The notes: generated by a model not told the origin, from the letters alone. Counted from the first letter of the stretch, positions 35,221 through 48,611 are shown. The stretch is 54,810 bases of DNA from Nemertoderma westbladi (GCA_032718475.1 JAUCBJ010000698.1:1-54810); one strand, 5' to 3'. Program-made: numbers and translations.

Positions 35221-35231
35221 TCTGGGAGCGG
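35221..35231 (+). other. Polypurine-tract-like sequence before the 3' LTR
   Basis: TCTGGGAGCGG immediately precedes the TG of the 3' LTR. Confidence 0.7.
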
Positions 35232-36521
35232 TGTAAAAGCTTCTGTGGGATATAACTGGCCCCTTTTGCTTCGCAATCCAGTTTCCCCCCAGGCGCTGGA
35301 ATACTCTAAAAAGGTTCTCTAACTGTACATATATTCCCCTCGCCCGCAAGGTACCGTTACAGGTGTTTTAACGGACATAAAAGTCATTCTGCTATATATG
35401 TGTTTTAGCGGACATAGTAAGTCAAAAAACCTGCAATGCACCAAATGCCTTTCACAGCTTGGCCGTGATGATTCATATTACGACATCTAACAGCCGGTTG
35501 CTGACATGGAAACAGCCATTGGACGCATGGTTCTTTGTTTGGCTTGAGCCAATCAGAGCGATTTTTCCTGTCGACGTGTAGCTTTTCGGCCGATCATAAG
35601 GAGAGTGTTCTGTCTTACTGTTTTTACTTGATACTTTCTTGTTATTGCTGTCTAGGCCAGGAACAACGGCTCTAGAATCAATTCGTTTCATACTTTTAGA
35701 AGAAACATTAGTAGGCTTAAATTATAGAGCGTATGACTGTTATCAATTCACAAATCAAATCAAATCAACTCACAAATCAACTCAATCCATTCACAATTCA
35801 ATACTTTGTTGTTATTACTGTTCAACATACATTATTATACTGCTATTTACTGTTGTGTTTGGTTGAATATTATTTGGAGAACATATATAAAGAACCCAAA
35901 TTTCCCAATTTTCTTGATACACTACAGGTTAGAGAGACGGGTTATATATAGCGATTGCGACTTATATTGTTGTGGTTTGTAGTGAATTTAATGCTATTTG
36001 ATAAGCACTACATTGGTCCGTTGCTGTTCTCTTTATATATGATAAAATTCATTGACGGTCGGCAAATTAGTGTGCAGTATTGTGTGTTACCGGTAGTGTG
36101 CATGATTGTGATTGATAACTAAGCATTTCCTAAAGAATGCGCCTCATACGTGAATCTTAAGCCTTACCGACTTACCGTTGTGATTAGTATAAGTCATATC
36201 TCTGTCTATCTAGATAGAGCGCCACGTCCTAAAGGAACTGTTAATATTTCCCGAAAGTAAATAATATTAGTCAGAAATTAATTATTAACGATCAATCGAA
36301 TAATACAATACAGTAAGCTTCACTGCAATAATAATTTAAGCCCTCAGAATCCAGTCTCCCGGGATTATCCAGCGGGTGGATGGACGCGCACTAGGCTGGC
36401 TTCTGCTAATGTTGTGTTTATTGGTATTAAATATTTGTCATCTTCTAAAGTATATTTATAAACCAAAAGACATATAAATTTTGGCGGGTTAAACTGCTAA
36501 AGGTCTTCAAAAGCGCGTACA
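35232..36521 (+). repeat. 3' LTR of copy 1 (1290 bp, complete)
   Basis: TGTAAAAGC...GCGCGTACA followed by TSD ATCCC; homologous along its length to 47411-48611. Confidence 0.95.
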
Positions 36522-36556
36522 ATCCCTTTTCAAGATCTAATAGGATCTCTACTAAC

Positions 36557-37516
36557 CTGTGATATTAACGTCATCAATATGCGACACGGGATTCCCAGTT
36601 GCTGTGGTAGTGGTGCTGGTAGACTCAATGGATATATCATCGTTAGGGTAGGCGCTGCCATTGGTGTAACATCTGTCCGTATAAAGCGGAACTTTATGGT
36701 GAGTGAACATTACACTTCCAGTGCCGAGCCACAGCATTGTAACCAGACAGGAGAACAGACCGACGCCGGCGCTGAGGCAGTCAGTGACTGGGGCTAGAAT
36801 ACCCAGTAAAAACATACTGCTCATAGACCACATGCAGGGAACCAATACCGAAGACACGCCGTATAACAACCAAGGCTGATAATAGGTTAGGTAGCCAACA
36901 CCTGTCGTCGCCATTCCTAGCAGTACAACGATAAGACGACCTATTAGAGCTCCTTCGTTCTCGTGTATAAAAATTGGGCTAACCAGTCTGACAAAGTCTT
37001 CTAAGATTAGCGCAGACAATGAGAGCAGACCCGAGGGCACAATCGATAGGGATCCAGAAATAACACCCATCAACACAAAACCCGTTAATCCCGGTACACC
37101 CGAAAAATAATCGCTACCGAATTCAGCCCATATTTGGTCGGCGTTGGTTATTCTGCCTAACAACTGAGGATCGCAATGTCCGTACACGGCGTACAGACAC
37201 AGACCCGCAACTGCGAAACAAACAAACAAGATGGTTACCATGGGGATGGTTACCCAGGTAACTAGTTTAGCATCGCGTTTGGTTTTGAGGGACAGGTAGC
37301 GCTGAATGTTCATTGGGTTGATATCGGCTATCGTGTGAACCAATCCGAAGCCGAGCACCAGATTGGCGACATTGTGTCTCGTCGATATTAAGAGATCGTG
37401 TTTGATTAGTTCGATACGGTTGTCCTTATTGGCTAACTCCCAGACAGCAGTGACGCCTCCCGAGTTGATGACGACACCAATAATGATAGTCATCAAAACT
37501 GCCAATAATATCAGGC
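36557..37516 (-). CDS. SLC5 sodium:solute symporter, exon 3
   Basis: Acceptor TACAG at 37517-37518, donor G|GTTAGT; GGVTAVW, IQRYLSLKT, YAVYGHCDP..LGRITNADQ, VPGLTGFVL, ILEDF are SLC5A5/6/8/12-type motifs. Confidence 0.9.
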
Positions 37517-38002
37517 CTGTAGACAATGTAAAGTAAACTTGTGATTATTGATACAGTAGGCCTAGAACCAATATAAAGTTAACACATGTTACAATATTAT
37601 AAAGGTCTTTGTTTTGTAGTCACCCAATTCATGGTCGATATTACTTACTTATTCTATATTTCGGATGGTGCTAGGATAAAGGGAGTGATTGTGGCACAAA
37701 CTAGGGATAATTAACCCTGACAAATCCAAAAACGTACCAAAAAAGGCACTTCATAGACACTTTAGACAACGACTACCGAGGATGGTGAACTGAGAAAATA
37801 AGCTAAGAAAATAACACAGGGCTAACACATGAAAGCTTTATGGCCTGCCGCTAACAATGAGATCCACAATTTTGCGAGAGCGTTAACGAGCGAGTTCTAT
37901 GTTAATGGATCACAAGTGAAATAAGTTTATACAGTTATTATATTTACCGGTATATATTGTTCAATATTATATTAATGTTACAATGAAGTTCAGAAGTCTT
38001 AC

Positions 38003-38255
38003 CTTGAATAACATCATTCCAAATAACAGCAGGTAATCCGCCAATAGTAGCTATCAGAGTGCAGAGAAGTCCAAGTAGACATAAAACAATGTAAAACGGA
38101 ATAGTGGACACTGAATCAAAGAGAACAGCCGATGTGTAGAGTATTATACCAAGGGCGATCAGATAGGTCACAATGTAAATAAAACTGTATAGCAATCGAA
38201 TGGTTGCATTAAATCTCAGTTCTAAATATTCGAAGATGCTCGTCAAATTGCAAAT
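38003..38255 (-). CDS. SLC5 sodium:solute symporter, exon 2
   Basis: Acceptor TTTTTAG, donor G|GTAAG; TSIFEYLELRFN and IGGLPAVIWNDVIQ are hallmark SSS motifs. Confidence 0.9.
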
Positions 38256-38654
38256 CTAAAAATAGAAAACAAAACAACCGTTAATATTCACGCTTAATAT
38301 TTAAATAATTTCGCAGCAACATTTTTTGAATAATTATTTAATTAAAGGCGCATTAAACGATAAAATAGTAGACCTACGTTGAAAGCGTCGCTTTTTTCAA
38401 TTAATTTTCAGTTTAGCGAAATTCAACTATTATATGAGAGCGATATTACACGATGCCCAACAAATGGCAAACTCAATACATGAGTGCAGAATATCTGAAT
38501 TTCGCGAATAAATCGTTTTATTAGAAAAATATCTATCACCAGCTATTTTTAATAAATTTTCTGGAATATTAGTTTAAAAATTGTAGATTAATTCACTTAT
38601 TTTTAAAAATATTAGTGAGAGAAAAAAGCGGTTTCTTAAAACAAAATAACTTAC

Positions 38655-38975
38655 CTGTGAAACATTATAAAATACGGGAAACAATACAAACGATTGAACT
38701 GGAGATGAAATAAACTTAGTAACTATTACGACAATGAAGAGGGTCCCATGACTATACACCTCTGTAAGTAGTGTAGTCTGTAGGAGGATCATGACGTCAG
38801 CATAAAACGTCATTGCCAACGACGCGCTGACGGGAAATAAAGTCATACTTTGTGCGGCTTTATAATATCTGTTGGTGGAAGACTCATAGAAGCCATTAAG
38901 ATAAAGTAAAACACTGACCGGAATAATCATAGTGGCTAGTATAACACAATAATCGGGAACCCCAAGGTAAACCAT
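38655..38975 (-). CDS. SLC5 sodium:solute symporter, exon 1
   Basis: ATG 38975; DY.V, MTLFPVSASL, EVYSHG, FPVFY motifs; donor CAG|GTAAGT in phase 0. Four exons total 1764 nt (587 aa plus stop). Confidence 0.85.
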
Positions 38976-39564
38976 TGTATTTGTGTAGATTTACTGAGTT
39001 AGAACCACAATAATGCAATGTAATCAACTACGCCAACTAATTAAAACACTATAAATTAAAGAATTGTCGATTAAAAAGTCATGGTGTTTCACTGTAACAC
39101 GAAGAATAGGTAAATATATTCCATTTTATAGGACAACAGATGTTGCACCTTCAGTTCACTGGGTATATGTTAAATTATTCTAAATCGCGAATAATAATTA
39201 ACGCCTGGGCTCGACTATTTAAAGATTGGCGGGAACCTTATGAAATGAGGTTATATTGGGGTGCTTATTGTTAACATACAAATGGCCATAATAGAGTTAA
39301 GTTATAGATTATAATCAGCACCTATTGTTATACCTTGTATAGTAGCTACTCAAAGTAAATCGTTCAGGTATTAAAGTAAGCCACAGACTGTTTCTCGGAT
39401 TAAACTTGCCCAGTAGGCCACCCCAACCCCACCCCTTAGGCCTTTAATAACACTAATAACAGATTAATGCCGATAACATATTATTTTGATAGTATATGAT
39501 CGATCTGCTATGATGATTATGTTGGGTTTAATAAACATCGACTTTAATAGTGTTTGTGCAATCA

Positions 39565-39650
39565 ACTGCTTTGTCTAGTGTTAGGCCTAGAATACATTAT
39601 CTCTCTATCGATGTGAGGACCCAGATTCGATCCCTGGACGGAACAGCACA
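39565..39650 (+). mobile_element. Degenerate tRNA-derived SINE head
   Basis: A-box-like TGTCTAGTGTTAGG and B-box-like GATTCGATCCC, similar to the SINE head at 43268. Confidence 0.4.
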
Positions 39651-39824
39651 TTTTGCGAAGTAGTTGAATTGAAAGTAATTTTTTACTCATAATAATTGTT
39701 AAAAGACCTTGCTGCCTTGTATCCGCTTCGGTACAGTACAATTCTCGTCCCATATTTATGGGGCGAGCCATGTATTATGGTTGTTATACCACACCAGGCT
39801 CACTTATAGCCGCCTATACGTAGT

Positions 39825-40245
39825 GTCGTCCATGTCTCGGAATATAGTGTAATTCAGTGACTTGGACCCCTCAAATTTTATCTGTTTTCAAATTTTTCAT
39901 TTGAAACATAGTTTCACCTCCCCCCTCCTCCTCCTGCTGGGTTAGCCATAATTTTTATTTTTGCTTTCATTCTTTAGCTACAAGCTTTTAAAAAAAAGGT
40001 GTCTGCGTCGATATTGCACCAGTTACACCGCAGTTATTCTTCAACCTTATAGTTACAGTATCTGTTGGTACTGTTAGAAAGTTGGCCATGCAAGGATTCC
40101 AAATATGTAACAGAATCAGAATTTGGTTGAAAAATGTTCGTTAAAAAAACATGAGTTCAAAAGATGCATGTTTTGCATCTGCACGAGGCTATTTTATTCT
40201 ATTAAATAAATACCTCATATTCTAGAACATTTTGTTATGTATAGC
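39825..40245 (+). repeat. Dispersed repeat family (copies at about 39825-40245, 41998-42435 and inverted at about 44566-44765)
   Basis: Shared blocks CCATGTC..GGAATATAGTGT, TCTTTAGCTACAAG, TTCTTCAACCTTAT, CATGCAAGGATTCCAAATATGTAA, ATATTCT.GAACATTTTG. Confidence 0.75.
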
Positions 40246-40655
40246 TACTTTAGGCCAGATGCACACATGAGCTTTCATCATTCATCACCCATCTTATCAT
40301 TTTTTTTTATTATATTTTTTTTTACTTTTTTTTTTAATTTATATATTTTTTTAGAAATCACTGCCGTCTATGGAGGCATTCACACAAGGTCTTTCATCTA
40401 TCGACTTTCATCTTTCAAATTGCAGTGTGATAAATACAATACAGTATATGTTCAATTTGTTTGAAAGAAGTGATGGATTTCCATATATGGATATATAAAG
40501 TTTGTGTAGTAGTATTGTTTGTATATATTAATAATTTATATTAATATAATATTTTGCATTGAATTAACTAAATAAATGAATACGAGTCCATGTTCTCTAT
40601 TACGAATACAAGTAAATGTTTTCTGATACATAACTTCTAAAACTGTTGCGGGTCC

Positions 40656-41445
<790 letters not shown>

Positions 41446-42839
41446 CTGTATATCATCTGTATATATTATATGGCAAAACCGAAGTAGCCATTCTGATAAA
41501 TTATGCCAATTTCAAAACTATTTTTTAATATTGAACATTTTCAAACATGGTCTTCATTTATACGAATATAATTGAAGAACTTATTATCATCTTATCTTAA
41601 CTCATAGTAAAGTTTACCTATAAATCAATGGGTTCCTCTTTCCAGATTATTTGGATGAATCCAAAATCTGCACCTTTTCTTTCTCATCCATTATACATTG
41701 TAGGGAAACAACTCAGCAGCGATATATTCATCTATTTTCAAAAAAGTTATAAGAAAATAAACATACAATATACAATATACACTATACAATATCATTAAAA
41801 TAAATTTCAATATAATTGCAAATATATAAAGTTTACAATGATACAGTAACATTTTAAGTTGCTAGGCAATATATTTACTTGAATGATGAAAGATGAAAGC
41901 TGATGTGTGAAATGACACCTTTTGAAAGATTAAAGTTGGGATGAAAGATGTTAATGAAAGCTCATGTGTGCATTGGGCCTAATAGTATCATTATATACAC
42001 CATGTCCTGGAATATAGTGTCGTTATTCAGGTACCTGCCCCCCCCCCCCCTTCCAATTTTTTCTACAAATCTTAATGAGATTGCATGAAATGTAAAACAT
42101 ACAGTAGATAATTCCACCTCCCTCCTCCTCCGTGGGTGAGCCAGAATTTTTATTTTCGCTTTCAATCTTTAGCTACAAGTGTTTGAAAAAAGGTGTCTCC
42201 GGCGATATTTGACAGGTCACAGTGCAATCATTCTTCAACCTTATTTTGATACTTGGTACTGATAGAAAGCTGATCATGCAAGGATTCCAAATATGTAAAA
42301 ACATTTGAATTTGGTTGGGAAATAGCTGAGATATGGGCATTCGAAAGTTGCATGTATTTACTTCCCCTGCAGGCCATTTATTCTATTTAATAAAAATACC
42401 ATATTCTGGAACATTTTGTTTATCCCATGTAGCTGGGCAACAATGCAACACTTCTTTAATTATACTATTACGTAGCTATTCATACATAAACACACGTATG
42501 TGGGGCCTTCGCGCAGCACGAGACTCACTTATCAGATACAGATTAAAATTGAGTAATTATATCCCAAAATCAGTATTTTAAGAAATTTAAATAAATAAAT
42601 AAGATACAGTGCAGGCCACCAGATAACGCAGATTTGTTCAAATGTGAACACAACCAAAATGTTTTCGCCTAAGGATACAATTGAATACTTTTGAAACGCT
42701 TAGTAATCTGGAAACTCTCTGTAGTTTGCCGCGAACTGTCACTCACTGCAGCTGGAAATGCGATAAGGATTTTGTTTACCTTTATAGTGTGCGGTTAATA
42801 GTGTCTAGTAGGCCTATAGTTAGTGATGTTAAGGCATCT

Positions 42840-43130
42840 TCTGGTCTTTCTCTGTGCCCTCTCGGTGTCAGACTAATGGCGCGACATCTCCCTGCACTAA
42901 ATTAATTATTCAATGGTCTTGGCTCCTCCATCCATATACCCATCCACTCCATGAATCTCCATGTGGTCTTGTATGTAGTTCTCTCTCTGCCAATACAGCC
43001 CATGTCCGCAATGTTACGCCCTGAGGGCTCTCTCATCCACCTGATATCAGACATACAGGCGCACCGCACACAAAGCTTTTGTCGGTCCCAGCAAGTCAGC
43101 CTCCTGCTGTGTGATCTAGAAGATAACTCG
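42840..43130 (-). mobile_element. Possible highly decayed RTE-like LINE 3' end
   Basis: Weak resemblance of RRLTCW...IRWM...GRER..TTW to the RTE C-terminal RRL.W.GH..RM...GRP..TW pattern. Confidence 0.25.
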
Positions 43131-43267
43131 CCATTGAAATAATGTAGTGACCTGCCAATTAGATGACTTGAACAAATGTGTTCACATGTGATCACATTTG
43201 ATGAAATCTGCTTTTTCTGGTGGCCTGTACTGTATTTAACCAACCCGCCAATAGGAATAAATCAAAG

Positions 43268-43720
43268 CAACAGCTTGGTCTAGTGGTGACATTACTGTGC
43301 TTCCGATTAGGGAGCCCGGGTTCGATCCCTAGATGGGGCAGCACTGTTTGGGCACAGTGCTTTAAATGCTGCAGCCTAGCCCAACCCCGGCTTTCATCCT
43401 TCAGTGGTCGATAAATGGGAACCAAGGCAACTTGGGAAACAGAGTGGAAGGCTTTACTGTGGAAGATCACCCATGGTGGTGAACAGGCATTCCTTTAGGA
43501 AACAGAGTGGAAGGGTTTACTGTGGAAGATCACCCGTGGTGGTGAACAGGCATTCCTTTAGGAAACAGAGTGGAAGGGTTTACTGTGGAAGATCACCCAT
43601 GGTGGTGAACAGGCATTCCTTTACGAAACAGAGTGGAAGGGTTTACTGTGGAAGATCACCCATGGTGGTGAACAGGCATTCCTTGGCTTAACGAGCCTAA
43701 AAGATTCTCCCATTCAATAA
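43268..43720 (+). mobile_element. tRNA-derived SINE with conserved central domain and 13-bp TSD
   Basis: A box TGGTCTAGTGG, B box GGTTCGATCCC, central GCTTTCATCCTTCAGTGGTCGATAAATG resembling a shared metazoan SINE core; TSD GAATAAATCAAAG at 43255-43267 and 43721-43733. Confidence 0.85.
43435..43684 (+). repeat. 63-bp tandem repeat, 4 copies, inside the SINE
   Basis: GGAAACAGAGTGGAAGGGTTTACTGTGGAAGATCACCCATGGTGGTGAACAGGCATTCCTTTA at 43435, 43498, 43561 and 43624. Confidence 0.95.
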
Positions 43721-44363
43721 GAATAAATCAAAGAAGTGAGTAACTTCCCCCTCGCTTCAACCGCCCTCTTTCTGCACCCCCCCCCCCCCCCCCCCCCCCC
43801 CCAACCCAAAGGGTCACAGAGGATTAATGAAAGGCAGAGGTATTAACAGGAAATTTGTGTTTTAATAGTAATATATTTTTAGGTGTGGAGGCAACCCAAT
43901 TAGTAAAAATTACTAAAACTTACCTTATGCCGATAGTATTGATACTGAAATATTAATTTATCATGTCTAACACCTCCACGAAATTATTTAGCTAATTATT
44001 CCAAAGAATCACGATTAAATACTCAGTCAATCATTTTGCGAGAGAAAGCAAGCTGGGTTATTAGTCTGGTACCTTACACTAGTGGTGACACTAGCAGCAA
44101 GGCTAGGCAATAGCAAGCATGTCAAGGAATGGGGGAGGTGGAAGTATAGAGTGAGCATTTTGAAAATTTAATTACGTTTAATCAATTAAAAACACATTTC
44201 TTAAAGCAAATCACTTGAACTAATTAAAAACAATAATAAGGGATATGGGGTTTACAGCTGTATAATTTTTAAGTATAATTATTTATATCTCTAACTATAA
44301 AATGTTGAAAATGCTGTTTTTACCCTATATCAACTTAATTAACTGCTATTTTCTTAGCTTCTC

Positions 44364-44978
44364 GAAGGCCACACGTAAATTCAACTTGGAAAATTTCTAA
44401 ACTTTTGCCAAACAACTGTGTACCAAGTTTGCTTAGATTTCATCATCGACGATTGGCCGAGTTATTAACGTTTAAAATTTGACATAACGGAATTAACAGA
44501 TCAACAGACACACCGATTGAGTTAGTGTTACCCGATGCTAAGCTCGCTAACTTTCGTGGCTCGCCCCAAAATGTTCTAGAATATGGTATTTTTAATTAAT
44601 AGAATAAAATAGCCTCGCGCAGATACAAAACCAAACAACTTTTGAACGCCCATATCTCAGCTATTTTTAAACGAAATTCAGATTATGTTACATATTTGGA
44701 ATCCTTACATCGCCAGCTTTCCATCAGTACCAATAAATCACTATAAGGTTGAAGAATAACTGCGATGTGGGGCGAGCCACGAAGTTAGTGAGCCTTAGCG
44801 TAGGGGTACCATTAATCAACCTGTCGTTCTGTCGTTCTGTCGCGTTTTTTTTCAGTATTTTATTTTAAACATTAATAACTCGGCCAATCCTTGATGAAAT
44901 CTATCCAAACACTTGGTACACATGTTGTTTGGCAAAAGTTTGAAAATTTTCCAAGTAGAATTTGCGTGGGGCCTTCGT
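44364..44978. repeat. Long imperfect inverted repeat (about 200-bp arms, about 200-bp spacer)
   Basis: 44364-44567 is the reverse complement of about 44768-44978 (e.g. AAACTTTTGCCAAACAAC/GTTGTTTGGCAAAAGTTT, TTCGTGGCTCGCCCCA/TGGGGCGAGCCACGAA). Confidence 0.85.
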
Positions 44979-46326
44979 GCAGCATCAGTGTAACTGTTAT
45001 TGTAGTTATAATATATTTATTTATCCAAAATTAACATGCGTTAAATTATTATTACTGTAGGATAAATCAGCTGGTTTTCTGACAAATTTTGCAAAACATA
45101 GGGGCTGTCTGCCAATCTGCATGTACCATTTGTACCGGTACTGTCAGGCTGTACTCAATTCCTGAATCGAGAATTCTGCAATCAGTCAATACTGCAATAC
45201 AGGTCAGCCGGTACCATACACTGCAGACATGCCATATCATGTAATCTAATTAAACATGGCCCCGGAAACCCTTGCGGTGATTATAGTTTAGGCCTAATTA
45301 GCCTAGTACCGGTAATAATAATATAATAGTTTAGATAGTTCAGTAGTTACCGCTAATCATTCAGTCATTGGCACGGTACACCGTATTGCTGTACTGCCGT
45401 TGTAGTGCGCACCGTAGGTACCACCCATGCGTAGGCTGACTGTGCTGATTATGGTACTGTCAGACTGTGGTACCTAAGCTATACACTGTTAGGTATATTG
45501 CTGTATTGGGGTGGGGTTAGGAATAATCCATTTGTTTTAGCATTGAACTGTTGAATCCCCTTATTTATTATAAAACCATTGGAAATATTCGCAAATGCCG
45601 CTCCATTACTGTCTGAAACGCTCCCGACAGTCCGATGTATCTGGACCCGAGCAGCCGAGTTGCTTCAAGAGGTGATTAACAGGGGAATACTACGGAATTG
45701 CTTGTTTGTCAGTACGATTCTATTTGGGTATTTACTACACTCAGACACTGGGAATACAGCGGTCGGTCAGTTCGTAATGCGGGCCACTGCCAAGTTCCTG
45801 ATGCCTCACTCCGGTCACCCACCTTGGAGTGCGGTGGGAAGAGTCCCACTTACTGACTTACGTCGACGACTGGACGAATCGACGAGGATTGCGATCTGGG
45901 TTTAGCGGCGGCCCGGATCCTGGTATCGCCTGGGGGAAATGGTTGAACGAACGATTGTATCGCACTGGATTACGTTCTCTGCGACGTGAAAGTGTGAAGC
46001 GAATTCGTTGTCGAATTGGGTCGAAAGCTGCGGGAATTCTACTGTTCTACGGGAGTAAACCGCAGCGGTCCGGTGACTACGGACGGATACTACTGGGATA
46101 AGCAGGTATTTCGATCGAGTTTCTCGTATTCTCGATGCTCGAGGCGGATAGAGAGTTGGTTGTGTTGGGCGGTGTTGTTCAATTCTATCAAACATATTAA
46201 ATAATTGGTAAAATAATAAAAACACACCAGATAAAGATACTGAGCTTATGGTAAAGAGATAGGCCGAACTTACAATTTCCAAATAGATTGTTCATATAAT
46301 AAATATATTTTTGGTATTTGATTTCA

Positions 46327-46827
46327 AGATAGGGGGGGGGGGGGGGGGGGACTGGACGCAATAAAAATTCATCCCTCTCCAGGGGAAATTGGACGCAAAT
46401 AACAACAGCTGATTACTCTCAAAAATAAAACTGTAACCTGTTTTATTGTGTTTACTTTATTGTTTTGGTTAAAATAACGTGCCACTGTAACCTGCTCCTT
46501 TCCCAAAATTGAGAAATTAATATTGATGCGAGTTATAGTTCATATGCGTACCTCTGGTATTTTCGTATTGCAAAAATAAGACTATAAGTATGAAATACCC
46601 TATGTTATTGAGATATTGTTTATTGTTTTGGTTAGAAAAGCCCACCACTGTAACCTGCTCCTTTCCGTTAATTAAGTAATGGAGATTAGTTTATTGTTTT
46701 GGTTAGAAAACACCACCACTGTAACCTGCTTCTTTTGCCAGAGGTACGCATATGAACGATAACCTTGAGGCGGGATATTAATTCGCCAAGATGGGATTTG
46801 CGTCCAGTCCCACCCCCCTCCTATCTC
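46327..46827. mobile_element. Mutator-like MITE with 9-bp TSD
   Basis: TIRs AGATAGG...ACTGGACGCAA / TTGCGTCCAGT...CCTATCT; TSD TTGATTTCA at 46318-46326 and 46828-46836; inner inverted pair TTCATATGCGTACCTCTGG and tandem CCACTGTAACCTGCT repeats. Confidence 0.75.
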
Positions 46828-46904
46828 TTGATTTCACTAAAAAATAGAATATATTGCATTTTACTGTTATAATTACTGTATTGAATAAAATAATTAATTG
46901 ATTG

Positions 46905-47290
46905 TTTATTAAACCGTGCTAAGCACGTTGAACTGGAGCTCTAACAATTCCCCACTAGCGGCAGACAGGAACTGTAAAAGTCTCTGTAGAATTTCTAATT
47001 AAGCAATGCTCTTAGGTAACTACTACTAAATTACAGATGAATCTGATCGTTGGTTCTATAATTACAGCTATTTTTACGTTTCTGTTAATTCGCCCCCTAG
47101 CGGCAGACCAGGGAACTGTAGAAGTCTGTCTGTGTGTAGAATTTCTAAATTTTTTATAGACTACATGAGTACCAAGTTTGGTTCCATTTCATCCATGATT
47201 GACCGACTTATTAGCGTTCAAACATTCCTGCCACAAACATAGCCAGAGGCAGCCACAAACGAATAAAAGCTGCAGGAACTCGAGCGATAA
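46905..47290. mobile_element. Possible Helentron-type non-autonomous element
   Basis: Two CTAGCGGCAGAC...GAACTGTA repeats, ACCAAGTTTGGTTCCATTTCATCC, terminal AAAGCTGCAGGAACTCGAGCGAT. Confidence 0.4.
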
Positions 47291-47410
47291 TTAATTTATT
47301 AATTATTAAATACTGTTTCACTTAAATTCTTTACGAAAATCTAGTCATCTTCTTTTAAATATGGACCCTGCATTCGTGGAAAATATAATATTTGATAATT
47401 CATCAGTCAG

Positions 47411-48611
47411 TGTAAAAGCTTTTGCGTAATTAGCCGGTTATTTTCCCGTAAAGTACTCTGTAGTTGGTTTACCAGGCATAAAAAGGCCGTGTCCTTACTG
47501 TACTGGTGTTTTAGAGGACATAAAAGCCATTTCTTCTGTATGTGTACTTTAAAGGACATAATCCGTAATTTCGTGACGCAATAGCTGGATACTCTTGAAA
47601 ACAGTGTCGCTACCATGACGACGGCTAACAGCTGATATTGCCACGTAGAACATTTCTTTGTTTCTTTGTTCTCTCTTAGTTCAGTCAGCCAATCAGAGCA
47701 TTTTTATGGCTCTTGTACAGAAACTTCCGAGAAATCGCGTAGTGCATTATGGGCAGTGTTATCATTCAGTCCTGAGCCAAGGAAGAACGGCTTTGGAGTA
47801 TTTTGTGCTTTTCTGCTTTAGCCTTACACTAGTAGGCTTAATTATAAGGACATATATCCGTTATCTGACATCACACTGGGTAACTCAATGTTATCTGCAC
47901 TGGTTAACACTGGTTAACTGGCCCATACTGTGCAACTTAACTTAACATTACTGCTTTGCTGTCGGTTATTCATTATATTTGTTGATGAATTATTATATTT
48001 GGAATAACGAGAAATAACCCCGAAACCCAATATTCTTGATATACCGAAGGTAAGAGAGAAAGGTTACATATAACGATTGCGACTTATGTTAAAGTGGTTT
48101 GAAGTGAATCTAATGTTATTTGATAGACCCTACATGAGTCGGTCTGTGTTCCTTTTATATGTGACTAAAATCAGTGAAGATCGGCAGATTGGTGTGCAGT
48201 ATTGTGCAGCATTGTGTATGAGTGAGACTGATAACGAAGCATTTCCTAAAGAATGCGCCATATATGTGAATTGTAACTAAGCCATATCGTTGTGAGTAGT
48301 TTAAGTCATAACTCTGTTTATATAGATAGAGCGCCACGTCCTAAAGGAACTGTTAATATTCCCCGAAGGTGAATAATATTGTCAGAGATTATATAATACT
48401 GTCAGTCGAGTAATACATTAGGCTTACATAGCAATACGATTAAGCCGTCGAAGTCAATCTCCCGGGTATATCCAACGGGTGAATGATCGCGCACAGATTG
48501 GTTTCAACTAGTGTAGTGAATCAAATACTTGTTAGAGGCTAAAGCGATTTATTATCTAGAAGACATCCTAATTTGGCGGGTTAAACTGCCAAAGGTCTGA
48601 AAGCGCGAACA
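47411..48611 (+). repeat. 5' LTR of copy 2 (1201 bp)
   Basis: TGTAAAAGCTT...TTGGCGGGTTAAACTGC...AAAGCGCGAACA, homologous to 35232-36521. Confidence 0.9.

Larger units (their letters stand above)
21616..36521 (+). mobile_element. BEL/Pao LTR retrotransposon, copy 1 (14,906 bp), antisense in SLC5 intron 3
   Basis: TG...CA termini, 5-bp TSD ATCCC (21611-21615 and 36522-36526), paired LTRs, gag-PR-RT-RH-IN order with the BEL triple zinc knuckle. Confidence 0.95.

Noticed and set aside
43268-43345. Functional tRNA gene
   Set aside because: A and B boxes are present but no convincing cloverleaf; it continues into a SINE body bounded by a TSD.
43777-43802. Poly-C and poly-G tracts (also 21580-21598 and 46332-46350)
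   Set aside because: Simple homopolymers with unreliable length and no further supporting structure.
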